From positions 1 to 30,281 of IMG/VR virus record IMGVR_UViG_3300027808_000110: 30,281 nt of DNA; one strand, written 5' to 3'. The stretch comes from a virus (Duplodnaviria > Caudoviricetes). Numbering within the stretch: position 1 is the stretch's first letter; each line of letters starts with the position of its first letter. The notes beneath the pieces were generated by a model, which was given only the letters and a program-made list of their open reading frames with translations, was not told the DNA's origin and searched no databases. The translations under genes were made by a program, and so were the position numbers. Below, piece by piece: positions 1 through 8,901 of the stretch.

Positions 1-45
1 GGGTTGAAGCTCTTGACAATGAAAAGTGTGCATGGTTTTGCAGGT

Positions 46-74
46 TTGACATCTTGGTCATTAGATGTTAGCCA
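46..74 (+). promoter_or_regulatory. Putative sigma70-like promoter for the terminase operon
   Basis: TTGACA (46-51), 17-nt spacer, TAGCCA (69-74), upstream of the TerS ATG; overlapped by the inverted repeat ACATCT-N8-AGATGT (49-68). Confidence 0.4.
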
Positions 75-96
75 ATAAAGCCAAAATAAAAATGAA

Positions 97-678
97 ATGA
101 GCAATGAAACAAGCAAAGCCATCCTCAAATTACCATCGCTGGGGCAAGTGGCGTGGATTTACAGATTGCCGGAAGCAACGCTAAAAGCATTTAGGCAAAG
201 GGGTTGCGATGTGTTTGATGCCAGGCAAGTCTTCGAGACTTTGGAGAAGACCAGCCGCAAACCCGACGAGTGGAGAGAATACTTTGAGAACCAAGACGAT
301 TCCCATGAATACTGGAAATTGCAAGAAACCAAGGAAAAGGTCGAGGGTCTAAAGCTGAAGAACGCTAAAGCGGCCGGAGAGATGTTTGACAAGTCGGACG
401 GCGAAAAGGTTCAAGATGCATGGGCAAGCGCATTGCAGATCGCTTTGTCTGAGCGGAAAGCGACGGTTCCGCAGATATTGGCAGGCAAAGACGAGGCATG
501 GATATCGGAATGGATGGAGGAAGAGGATAGGAAATTACTGTCAGAATTGAGCGATTTGGAATCTGGTCTATGGAAACAAGTTTATGAAAAATACAGCGTC
601 ATCGCGGAATCTGGAGACATGGCTGAAGACTCACCCGCTAATGAAGCGAAGAGTGGACGGTCTAAAGCCAAGACCTAA
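97..678 (+). CDS. terS: Terminase small subunit (Nu1-like)
   Basis: 193 aa ORF just upstream of and overlapping TerL; possible N-terminal HTH and a coiled segment (KEKVEGLKLKNAKAAGEM) as in lambda-like small subunits. The call rests mainly on synteny. Confidence 0.7.
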   Translation: MSNETSKAILKLPSLGQVAWIYRLPEATLKAFRQRGCDVFDARQVFETLEKTSRKPDEWREYFENQDDSHEYWKLQETKEKVEGLKLKNAKAAGEMFDKSDGEKVQDAWASALQIALSERKATVPQILAGKDEAWISEWMEEEDRKLLSELSDLESGLWKQVYEKYSVIAESGDMAEDSPANEAKSGRSKAKT

Positions 679-2461
679 ACAGACAATTACCGAGTGGTGC
701 TTCGATAACGTCAACCTGTCTCAAGGTCTGACTCCTCGGCTAGATGCATCGATCACTCCGCACATGATCGGCCCGCTGAACTGGGCTTCGGATCATCGAA
801 TCAAGGAACTTCATTGGCTCTGGTCGCCCGGCGGAGGTAAGACCACGGCTATTGAGGGTCTGACTCAATGGCGCATGGCTAATTCTCCATCTAACATTTT
901 AGTCATTGGTCAGAAAGACGATACGGCCGAGCGTTGGATGGAAACGCGGTTATTGCCATCGATCAAGAAGAACCCAATGCTGAAGCATTTGTTGCCATCG
1001 CAAAGCGGGACTGACCGGCACAAGATTAGAAAGACAACGGTAATCTTCAACCACGGGTTTTATCTGGAGGCAGGTGGTAATGCCGAGTCTAACTTGCAGG
1101 AGAAATCCATGCCGTTGGTGATATTTGATGAGGCGTGGAAGACATCTGAGAAGCCAGGCAGGATACAGCAGGGCAAGCAGCGAACCCATGATAAGTGGAA
1201 CGCTATGGTTTTGTTTGCTGGTCAAGCTGGGGAGACACATCACAGCGTTGAAAGCGATGATGCTTTGTGCGACCTGTTCCGCGAGTGGCGCAAAACTGAC
1301 CAGAGGACATTCTGCTTTGAGTGCCAAGAATGCCACACGGTTCAGCCATTTAAATGGGATCAGATGAAGTGGGACAAGGTCGAGATACCCGGTTACGGCA
1401 TTGATTGGACGAAGACTGGCGAGACGGTTAGGATGACTTGTTGCAATCCAGACTGTAACACCGAATACCAAGACAACATCAAGAACAGAAGGATATTAGC
1501 AGAATCCGCTCTGAATAACCCTGCGACCATTGACGGTTATATGGTGATGAATCCTAACGCCGAGAAGGGTTACGTTGGCGCACACGCAAACGCCATGAGC
1601 TACTGGAGGATTCCTTGGGTGAAGCTAGTTCAGCAATTTGAAGAAGCGATGGAGGCTAAGTATCGCGGCGATTTGACTTTGCTACAGGTCTTTGTTATGC
1701 AGCGGTTAGCAGAATTTTGGACACCTGTTGCTTACGAGAACAACACCGAATTGACTGTGTCAGATTACAAAACATCGGATTTTGATAATGGAGAGTTGAT
1801 CGACAACGAAGAATGCCGGTCATTGGCGGTTGATGTTCAGCAGAACGACCTTTGGTTTACTGTAGGTGCGATGGGAGCTGGTGGCGTGTTGCAGATATTA
1901 AATTGCGGGCAGGCTCTGACATTTGATGAGATCGATAAGCTACGGGCTAAATACAAGATCAACCCAAAATACGTATTGGTTGACTCGAAATACCGGCAGA
2001 ACTACGTCATTCAGAAATGTGCTGAATATGGATGGACGGCTTACCGGGGAGTGTTCCGCGATTCTTACGATATGGTGATTCGTGGATCCAAGACTAAGGT
2101 TTTGTATGATGGCCCAGTTCCAGTCCAATCTGGATCTGGAGCAAGAGCAAACGCGATCAACTTATGCGTGAACCCGTTGAAAGACGCTTTAGCTGAGATG
2201 AGAGCAGGTCGCATGGGCAAACTGATGATTCCATCTGATATCGACCCGCAATACAAAAAGCATTTGAACGCAGAGGTCAAACGTAAGGTTGTCGCTGGTC
2301 GAGATAAGAAAGAAGTTGAGATGTGGATAAGAATCAACAAAAGACCCAACCATATGCTCGATAACACGATGGCTCTAGTCGGAATAATGGTAATTCGCCA
2401 AATATTGAAGGTATATGAAATTAACGAAGAAGCAATTGAAATAAAACAAGACGAAGAATAA
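584..2461 (+). CDS. terL: Terminase large subunit, lambda GpA family
   Basis: 625 aa; TPHM adenine-binding-like motif, Walker A SPGGGKT, Walker B LVIFDE, DQR followed by a CQEC...CCNPDC Zn motif typical of GpA, nuclease motifs AVDVQ and NHMLD. Start could be 584 or slightly downstream. Confidence 0.92.
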   Translation: MKNTASSRNLETWLKTHPLMKRRVDGLKPRPKQTITEWCFDNVNLSQGLTPRLDASITPHMIGPLNWASDHRIKELHWLWSPGGGKTTAIEGLTQWRMANSPSNILVIGQKDDTAERWMETRLLPSIKKNPMLKHLLPSQSGTDRHKIRKTTVIFNHGFYLEAGGNAESNLQEKSMPLVIFDEAWKTSEKPGRIQQGKQRTHDKWNAMVLFAGQAGETHHSVESDDALCDLFREWRKTDQRTFCFECQECHTVQPFKWDQMKWDKVEIPGYGIDWTKTGETVRMTCCNPDCNTEYQDNIKNRRILAESALNNPATIDGYMVMNPNAEKGYVGAHANAMSYWRIPWVKLVQQFEEAMEAKYRGDLTLLQVFVMQRLAEFWTPVAYENNTELTVSDYKTSDFDNGELIDNEECRSLAVDVQQNDLWFTVGAMGAGGVLQILNCGQALTFDEIDKLRAKYKINPKYVLVDSKYRQNYVIQKCAEYGWTAYRGVFRDSYDMVIRGSKTKVLYDGPVPVQSGSGARANAINLCVNPLKDALAEMRAGRMGKLMIPSDIDPQYKKHLNAEVKRKVVAGRDKKEVEMWIRINKRPNHMLDNTMALVGIMVIRQILKVYEINEEAIEIKQDEE

Positions 2462-2467
2462 TACATA

Positions 2468-2496
2468 TTGCCTAATTGTTAGATGTTTGCTATTTA
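2468..2496 (+). promoter_or_regulatory. Putative promoter for the head operon
   Basis: TTGCCT (2468-2473), 17 nt, TATTTA (2491-2496); ATG at 2503. Confidence 0.4.
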
Positions 2497-2502
2497 ATGC
2501 AC

Positions 2503-2778
2503 ATGGCAGATCCGTTGTTACTTGCACAAGGTTGGTGGGATAGGGCGCAGCGCGACCCTTCTTACGTAACCACTTTACAGAAAAAAGTGGATGAAATTGA
2601 TGACGGGATCATCAATGGAACGGTTACTGGCGATATCGTGCAAGCTGGAAAAAACGGGTCTAACTACACCCAGCGCACCAACTATTCTCTTCAAGATCGA
2701 ACCACCGCAATGCGTTGGGCGATTCAATGTATCAAGTCGGGAATTAGACCGTCAAGAAACCGTAAAATCATCTTTTGA
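2503..2778 (+). CDS. Head-tail joining/head completion protein (gpW position)
   Basis: Small ORF between TerL and portal, the gpW position in lambda-like phages. ATG 2503 (MADPLL) preferred to the TTG at 2476. Confidence 0.55.
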   Translation: MADPLLLAQGWWDRAQRDPSYVTTLQKKVDEIDDGIINGTVTGDIVQAGKNGSNYTQRTNYSLQDRTTAMRWAIQCIKSGIRPSRNRKIIF

Positions 2779-2781
2779 TTT

Positions 2782-4296
2782 ATGTTAGTAGACCAATATG
2801 GAAATCCGTTAATTCGGCAAAGTTATAATCGAAGCACCGAAAACAGGGGCGTTGATCGTCCTTGGATTCCAACTAAGTTGGATAACATCGATAAACTTAT
2901 CCCTTCTTACGATAGGAACACATTGGTCGCAGTATCCAGAATGCTAGTTGAAAACTGGGGGCCGGCTAGAAGCATTGCTCGCCAAATCCCGATGTATTCA
3001 GTTGGCAAGGCATGGAAACCATCACTTGAGACTTCAGATGACGCAATCAAACTTGAAGCGGAATCTGTCATCCGCGAGCAGTTTTGCCGGATGGCTACGA
3101 TGAAGGGTGATGATCTATCGACAGTTCTATACCACATGGCTCATCTTTTGATCCGTGATGGAGAATGCTTTTATTTGCTAACAGAATGGCAAAGCGGATT
3201 CCCAGCAATCCAAATTATCCCTGCTCATAGGATCGGTCAGCGTGAAAACGCAATCAATCCGATCGAAGAAGGTGCTTACAGGGGATACACAATCAACGAA
3301 GGCGTTATTCGCAATAAATACGGGGTTGTTATTGCTTACCGGTTACTTGGGGAAACTGCGGACAAGGATCAAGATATCTCATCCTCATCGCTCAAGCACG
3401 TAATGGATTCGGATTACCCCGAAGCAAACCGTGGGTATCCAGCACTTAGCCATGCATTGAATGATGGACGCGATGCGTTGCAGGCTCACGAATGGGAGCG
3501 TTTGAATATGCTGGCGAGGTCGTCACATACGTTGATTGAGCATTCCGAGTCTGGAATCCCAGATGGTGACAGAACCAATGAATTCTTCAACGAAGCGGGT
3601 GGGGATAGCTCAAGCCCATCAAATTTGGGTATTACAACTAACACTTTGTTTGGCGGCACATACAAAACCGTTAGAGCCGGAACTGGATATAAACTGGAAA
3701 GCGTTAAGCACGACACACCTGGCGAAACATGGGAGTCATTTGGTGACCGCATGATCCGCAAAATGTGTGCTGGTGTGCCTTGGCCGTTCTCCTTTATCTG
3801 GGAAGGTTCTAGCCGTGGTGGTGGAACTGCCGAGCGCAGGGATATCATGCAGGCCCGCCAAGCTGTTGAGGATATGCAATCAATCATCGAAAAAGAAGCC
3901 AGATTGATTGTCGGATACGCCTACAAAAAGCTAGTCAAACTCGGACGAGTTTCAGACACAGCTGATTGGTGGAAATGGTCATTCAGCAAACCACCTAAAC
4001 TTACGGTCGATGACGGCCGAGTAACCAAAAGCAACCTTGAGTTGTGGAGAGCAGGCATCTTGAACGATGAAGACCTGCTCAACGACATGGGCAAAGACCA
4101 TGACGAGCATTTTAGAAGTAGATTTAACCGTGCCGCCGACAAAGAATTGATGTTTATCGAGGCGCAACAATCTAAAAACGTAAAATTGGATGAGCGATAC
4201 AAGGGTATGTTCACTCCAAACGATATGAAAGATGTCGATTCACCAATGGACGACGACACAACACAACAAGAAGACAATTTAGACGATGAGAATTGA
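2782..4296 (+). CDS. Portal protein, lambda family
   Basis: 504 aa; LIRDGECFY, IQIIPAHRI, EGVIRNKYGVVIAYRL, RGYPALS and W-x-x-x-x-P-P-x-L-T-V-D segments match Phage_portal_2 patterns; synteny. Confidence 0.92.
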   Translation: MLVDQYGNPLIRQSYNRSTENRGVDRPWIPTKLDNIDKLIPSYDRNTLVAVSRMLVENWGPARSIARQIPMYSVGKAWKPSLETSDDAIKLEAESVIREQFCRMATMKGDDLSTVLYHMAHLLIRDGECFYLLTEWQSGFPAIQIIPAHRIGQRENAINPIEEGAYRGYTINEGVIRNKYGVVIAYRLLGETADKDQDISSSSLKHVMDSDYPEANRGYPALSHALNDGRDALQAHEWERLNMLARSSHTLIEHSESGIPDGDRTNEFFNEAGGDSSSPSNLGITTNTLFGGTYKTVRAGTGYKLESVKHDTPGETWESFGDRMIRKMCAGVPWPFSFIWEGSSRGGGTAERRDIMQARQAVEDMQSIIEKEARLIVGYAYKKLVKLGRVSDTADWWKWSFSKPPKLTVDDGRVTKSNLELWRAGILNDEDLLNDMGKDHDEHFRSRFNRAADKELMFIEAQQSKNVKLDERYKGMFTPNDMKDVDSPMDDDTTQQEDNLDDEN

Positions 4297-5113
4297 TAAA
4301 TTAAGCATCCTTTCCGGGATCAGTAACGACATTTGGGCTATGGATGAGGACAAGGTTAAAACCTTTGCCTTGTCATGCATTGATGCATCAGAGAAAAGCG
4401 CAGATTCACTAGCAAAATTTTACCCGATGAAGTCGGAAATGAGCATTGCCGCGCTTCCAATTGGAAAAGTAGCGATTATCCCAATCAAAGGATCGCTAAT
4501 GAACAAAGCACCGGGCATCTACGAGGAACTCGGTTTGGTTACGACATATAAAACGATCCAATCACAAACTCAGTTAGCTATCGAAGAAGGCGCAGTAGGA
4601 ATCATTTACCACGTTGACTCACCCGGCGGAACAGTATCTGGATGCATTGAAACCGCAGACATGATTGCTGGGCTTGGTGTTCCAACTGTCGCATATTGCG
4701 AATGGACTGCTTGTTCTGCCGCTTACTGGCTTGCATCGCAGACTGATTACATCGTAACCGGCAAGTCAGCGAATATCGGCAACATCGGAGCCGTTTTAGC
4801 TTGGGCAGATTTGACCAAGTTCTGGGAATCGATGGGTGTTGAATTCAAAGCACTTGTCAGCGAAGGAGCATCGCTAAAAAGCACTTTCCACACAGAGCCT
4901 AATGAAGAACAGATTTCATTCCTCCAAGAATCAATTAACGAAGCAGGAAAATCATTTTCAGACTCTGTTGTGGTCGCTCGTCGCAAAGCCGGGATTGAAA
5001 TGGATGACGAAGTATTTAAAGCTGGTTGGTATAGCGGGGAAAAAGCAATTTCGCTTGGTCTTGCTGATGATATCGGCACGTTGGAAAAAGCATTGGAATA
5101 CTTTGTCGAATAA
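4286..5113 (+). CDS. Head maturation protease, S49/SppA (ClpP-like) family
   Basis: VDSPGG, ACSAAYWLAS, GNIG and A-x-x-L-G-L-A-D motifs of peptidase S49; follows the portal. Confidence 0.93.
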   Translation: MRIDKLSILSGISNDIWAMDEDKVKTFALSCIDASEKSADSLAKFYPMKSEMSIAALPIGKVAIIPIKGSLMNKAPGIYEELGLVTTYKTIQSQTQLAIEEGAVGIIYHVDSPGGTVSGCIETADMIAGLGVPTVAYCEWTACSAAYWLASQTDYIVTGKSANIGNIGAVLAWADLTKFWESMGVEFKALVSEGASLKSTFHTEPNEEQISFLQESINEAGKSFSDSVVVARRKAGIEMDDEVFKAGWYSGEKAISLGLADDIGTLEKALEYFVE

Positions 5114-5118
5114 TTTAC

Positions 5119-5147
5119 TTGCACAATCTAACGGAATAACCTAACAA
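5119..5147 (+). promoter_or_regulatory. Putative late promoter for scaffold/capsid
   Basis: TTGCAC-17 nt-TAACAA; shares TTGC-N11-GAATAAYCTAACA with the site at 13779-13806. Confidence 0.5.
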
Positions 5148-5165
5148 CATATAAATCAAAGAACC

Positions 5166-5570
5166 ATGTTTGAATCAAGATCCGATCTCAAAAACAAATT
5201 AGCAGCTGCTGAAGCAGATGTTACTCGCCTTGAAGCAGAACTTGCACAATCCCAAGAGCAGGCACAGCTTGTAATTGAGAAAGATCAAGAAATCGCATCT
5301 CTTTCCGCTGAACTTCTTGAAATCAAAGCGGATCACGAAGCACTCAAAGCTGAAGCAGAAGCGGCCGAAGCAAAAACTTCAGACGAAGCCATCCAGGCAC
5401 TTGTCACCGAAGAAATGGCTAAATGCTCGCACAAGCCAGTTGAGGAAATTCAAGCAGAAGACAACAAGCCTCAAGATTTCTACGCTCAATATCGCGAACT
5501 TCAGAAAACCAACCCACGGGCAGCTGCTCAATTCTGGGAGGAAAATGAATCGTCAATCAAATCTCAATAA
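5166..5570 (+). CDS. Capsid scaffolding protein
   Basis: 134 aa, Ala/Glu-rich coiled coil between the protease and the capsid gene. Confidence 0.7.
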   Translation: MFESRSDLKNKLAAAEADVTRLEAELAQSQEQAQLVIEKDQEIASLSAELLEIKADHEALKAEAEAAEAKTSDEAIQALVTEEMAKCSHKPVEEIQAEDNKPQDFYAQYRELQKTNPRAAAQFWEENESSIKSQ

Positions 5571-5599
5571 TCACACCAAAAACTTAATTAACTAATTAT

Positions 5600-6490
5600 A
5601 TGGCAAACTCCACCACCGGCATCCAAGATGACATCATCGCCCGTAGCGTCCTTCAAGGATTTACTGCTGCGATTGCACCAATGGCCGCCCTTAACACCCT
5701 GTTCTCTGACGCAGCCGCTAACCGTGGCGATCGCGTTTCCGTTCCACGTCTCGCATCCTCACTTGATGCTGCCGCAGACAAAGCTGTAGGCTCGGCTTAC
5801 ACCATCCAAGACATCGATTCCGATGCCGTTGAGATCGTTCTCAACAAGCACAAGTATGTTTCGATGGGTAACGACGATATCGAAGTTGCCAACAGTTCGG
5901 CACTTGTTCTTGAGCGTTACGGCGTTCGTAAAGGTAACCTACTCGCCAAAACCGTAGCACAAGACGTGTTCAGCGAAATCACCTTGGCTAACTTCGGTGC
6001 AGCCGCATTCACCGGCGCAGCATCTACCTTCGATGAAGATGATGTAGCTGACGTAGCAGATGTTTGCGACGACGACAATATGCCCGAAGACCGCTACCTG
6101 GTTCTCAGCAACGCTTACATCACCGCTCTTCGCAAATCTGGAGCAATCAAAGACACCTCTGGCTACGGATACAACGCCATCCAAACTGGCAATATCCCAA
6201 TGCTTCACGGATTCAAAATCATCCCATCGAACATCATCCCAGCAAACGGTGAAAACCTTGTTGGATTCGCAACCGATGGATCCGGCATCGCTGCTGCATT
6301 CCGCTATCTTGCTCCACTTGGTGGCAACAAGTATGACCGTGCTGAAGCTATCGTTGGCGAAGGTGGTATCACCCTCGGACTCCGCAGCTGGTATTCCGAA
6401 GACTTCGGTAACTACCGTTCCGTCATGGAGTGTGTCTATGGTTACGAGACTGGCATCGCAGCCGGAATCAAACGCCTTGTCTCCGCTTAA
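5600..6490 (+). CDS. Major capsid protein (HK97 fold expected)
   Basis: 296 aa after the scaffold; GDRVSVPR, IVLNKHKYVS, G-x-I-x-x-L-H-G-F-K-I and VYG motifs typical of capsid proteins; codon use rich in C-ending codons; strong hairpin downstream. Confidence 0.85.
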   Translation: MANSTTGIQDDIIARSVLQGFTAAIAPMAALNTLFSDAAANRGDRVSVPRLASSLDAAADKAVGSAYTIQDIDSDAVEIVLNKHKYVSMGNDDIEVANSSALVLERYGVRKGNLLAKTVAQDVFSEITLANFGAAAFTGAASTFDEDDVADVADVCDDDNMPEDRYLVLSNAYITALRKSGAIKDTSGYGYNAIQTGNIPMLHGFKIIPSNIIPANGENLVGFATDGSGIAAAFRYLAPLGGNKYDRAEAIVGEGGITLGLRSWYSEDFGNYRSVMECVYGYETGIAAGIKRLVSA

Positions 6491-6499
6491 TTCTTGAAC

Positions 6500-6529
6500 T
6501 TATGGGGCAGGGTAATTCCTGCCCCATAA
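6500..6529 (+). terminator. Perfect 12-bp hairpin after the capsid gene
   Basis: TTATGGGGCAGG-GTAATT-CCTGCCCCATAA; no U-tract follows, so it may be an mRNA-stabilising or weak terminator structure. Confidence 0.6.
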
Positions 6530-6545
6530 TAAACCTAACAATAAA

Positions 6546-6779
6546 ATGGCAGCATACGCGTTACTCATCGGTATTAAAAACGGCAAGAAATCATTGGTAA
6601 TTGATGGTTCTCCTGTCGAAGTAAGGAAGTTCTTCAAGCACTCAAGCGGTGAAGGATTCGATCAACTTGAAGTTATTGAATCTGGGGCCGGTAGAAGTCG
6701 CTCGAAAAAGTTCGTCAAAAACACTCCTCAAAGTGAAGAGAAGCAACTGCCTAAAAAGGCAGCCAAAGCATCTAAATAA
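6546..6779 (+). CDS. Small basic hypothetical protein (head module)
   Basis: 77 aa, Lys-rich tail (KKAAKASK), flanked by two hairpins. Confidence 0.65.
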   Translation: MAAYALLIGIKNGKKSLVIDGSPVEVRKFFKHSSGEGFDQLEVIESGAGRSRSKKFVKNTPQSEEKQLPKKAAKASK

Positions 6780-6809
6780 TTTTTTTGTAGTTCGTAGTTC
6801 GTATTGTTC

Positions 6810-6848
6810 AACAGCCTGCCCGCGAAAGTAGGCAGGCTGTTTACTTTT
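6810..6848 (+). terminator. Rho-independent terminator
   Basis: AACAGCCTGCC-10 nt-GGCAGGCTGTT followed by TACTTTT. Confidence 0.8.
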
Positions 6849-6855
6849 AATCATT

Positions 6856-7182
6856 ATGGCATCTTTAGTTGATTTATTTATTCAAGGAGCAATCCCAGTC
6901 TCAAACGCTACAATTGGATCGACTGCCGTAACGCTTTCCAACGGAGTTGTATTGAACGGTGTATGGTCAACCATCGACACTACCTCAATGTCAGAGTTTG
7001 GCGGGGAACAACTTGAGTCCGCCGGGAGCGTGATTGTCCCAGCGTCTGCATCTATAACGATCAATCTTATCGGCAAAAGATGCACGTATAACAACATCAA
7101 GCTACAGGTATCTAGGGTCGAGGTTGGAACGACTGAGTCAACGATTTCATTCAAGCACGACACCGAGGGTATCAAGTTATGA
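6856..7182 (+). CDS. Putative head-tail joining (stopper, FII-like) protein
   Basis: 108 aa, beta-rich, first gene of the neck module; synteny only. Confidence 0.5.
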   Translation: MASLVDLFIQGAIPVSNATIGSTAVTLSNGVVLNGVWSTIDTTSMSEFGGEQLESAGSVIVPASASITINLIGKRCTYNNIKLQVSRVEVGTTESTISFKHDTEGIKL

Positions 7183-8060
7183 AAGCGGTCGTAACCGTTA
7201 ATATAAAGAAGTCTAACGATAAGACTCGGCTGATTAACGATAGCTTCCTCAAATCGATGGAAGCTAATTCAAAATTGGTTGCAAGAATGGCCGCGTTTCA
7301 GCTCCATAAATCAACGCTACCAGAGACATTCTCAATGCCTTGGAATAAGGCTTTCGTGAAAATGAAGAATAAAATTCATGGAGACGTAAATTCAGCTTAC
7401 GCCACAAAACAAGACGATGGATGGCAAGGCATCGCATTTAAATTGATTCGTGATTACGTTAACGGTGACCGGGCTAAAAGGTGGTATACAAACTATAAAA
7501 CAGGCGGTTTGGCTACGTTTGATGAGCGGACGGGAACATATGCTGATTACGAAGAACAATTTGATCGCATGAGAGGAATTCCTCGGAAAGCAAGCCAAGA
7601 GGAATACTTAAATTATAGGAAGCAAAACAATTATAATGTTCCTAGATCCGGCCCATCGCATAAAACTTTGGGTTTTGTTACTGAGGACAAAAGAAAGAAA
7701 TTGCTAAACAATCGGCTCAAGACAGCTGGACTAGCCAAAGCTGGGTGGAAGGCTTGTTATCATTTAGCCGGTGGCAAGGGATTGAACGTCAGTCAGATGG
7801 GTTCAGAAGGGCAAAATAAATTCCCAGCTGAAATCAATGTTCCATACAATCTGTTTGGAAAAACATCACTTGGCTCAGTAAGTCTTTCGCATAACAATAC
7901 TGGATACCGTGGCAAACTAATAAACAGTATTAGGTATATGGAATACGCATCCAACGAATCATTTTTCATTGTTGCTACGGAAATAGTTGAAAAATACATG
8001 AAAATCGTGTTTGAATTACGCAGAAAATCTTTGAGGACTAAATTGAAAAAGAGCGCATAA
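7179..8060 (+). CDS. Putative neck/tail completion protein
   Basis: 293 aa basic protein with GLAKAGW and NSIRYMEY segments resembling HK97 gp10-like neck proteins; ATGA overlap with the previous gene. Confidence 0.55.
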   Translation: MKAVVTVNIKKSNDKTRLINDSFLKSMEANSKLVARMAAFQLHKSTLPETFSMPWNKAFVKMKNKIHGDVNSAYATKQDDGWQGIAFKLIRDYVNGDRAKRWYTNYKTGGLATFDERTGTYADYEEQFDRMRGIPRKASQEEYLNYRKQNNYNVPRSGPSHKTLGFVTEDKRKKLLNNRLKTAGLAKAGWKACYHLAGGKGLNVSQMGSEGQNKFPAEINVPYNLFGKTSLGSVSLSHNNTGYRGKLINSIRYMEYASNESFFIVATEIVEKYMKIVFELRRKSLRTKLKKSA

Positions 8061-8063
8061 ATT

Positions 8064-8498
8064 ATGATACTACCAGACAGGATTAGCAAAGCAGTTGCAG
8101 ACGCGATTAGAAGCGCCGGGGTTTCAGCCACCGTCCAAGGGGCTGTCGAGCCGTCTGTAAATGAGACGACATACGCCAAAATCGTGTCTCATGTGGTTTC
8201 TTGCAGCCAAAAAGCATTCATTTTAAAGGGAGTTTACGATGTAAACGGTGAAGTCACCCTAGTCCAATCGATTGACGACACGACTCCAGAAGTCAAATTC
8301 AGAGCGGAATGTGAACGTCTGAGAGAAATTCTTAGTGACGAATCCCTAACAGTTGCTAATATAACGGCAAATGATAGTTATTTGCACATCTACAACAAGT
8401 CTTGGCAATTAACAGATATGCAACAAGATGCAGGAGAGCGTGGGTTTAAAGCCACATTCTCATGGAAAGCATTAGTAAGAGATACACTTAACACTTAG
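8064..8498 (+). CDS. Putative tail terminator protein
   Basis: 144 aa, directly upstream of the tail tube candidate; size and position fit. Confidence 0.5.
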   Translation: MILPDRISKAVADAIRSAGVSATVQGAVEPSVNETTYAKIVSHVVSCSQKAFILKGVYDVNGEVTLVQSIDDTTPEVKFRAECERLREILSDESLTVANITANDSYLHIYNKSWQLTDMQQDAGERGFKATFSWKALVRDTLNT

Positions 8499-8506
8499 GA
8501 AAAAAT

Positions 8507-8884
8507 ATGTCAGCAACCACATACGGAGATATCAACTTCAGCTTGTCTGAAGAAACTGGTCTATATACAGAAACCGTCACTCAAGATATGAGCAACCAAG
8601 TGAGGGAAATTCCTTCCGCTGGTGGCGAAATCCTTGCTGGTGCTTTCTACGGTAACAAAGGAACCTTCTCTATGGAAGGTGCGCTCAAAACCGCCGCTTC
8701 TCCTACTTGGGAGCTTGGAGTAGCATTGATCTTGGCTAACGTCGCTGAATTTACTGTTCCAGGATACACCTCTGGTGCTACCTACGTCGTCACAAGTGCA
8801 AACGTGTCACTTGGAGCCGAATCCGAAGAGCGCAGAACAATCGGCGGGAATATCTATCCATTCCTTGAAGCTGAATCCACGTAA
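8507..8884 (+). CDS. Putative major tail tube protein
   Basis: 125 aa, acidic, Thr/Gly/Ala-rich and beta-rich; position upstream of the tail chaperone. Confidence 0.55.
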   Translation: MSATTYGDINFSLSEETGLYTETVTQDMSNQVREIPSAGGEILAGAFYGNKGTFSMEGALKTAASPTWELGVALILANVAEFTVPGYTSGATYVVTSANVSLGAESEERRTIGGNIYPFLEAEST

Positions 8885-8901
8885 TCTAACTTGAATTCCA
8901 T

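Noticed and set aside
1-96. cos packaging site upstream of terS
   Set aside because: Expected for a GpA terminase, but only a short ACATCT-N8-AGATGT inverted repeat is visible and the flank is cut off, so it cannot be supported.
6060-6497. 145-aa alternate-frame ORF inside the capsid gene as a second dual-coded protein
   Set aside because: Ser/Thr/Leu-rich sequence with no motif, as expected from the capsid's biased codon usage.
6787-6803. GTAGTTC short tandem repeat
   Set aside because: About 2.5 copies of a 7-mer; too short to assign meaning.
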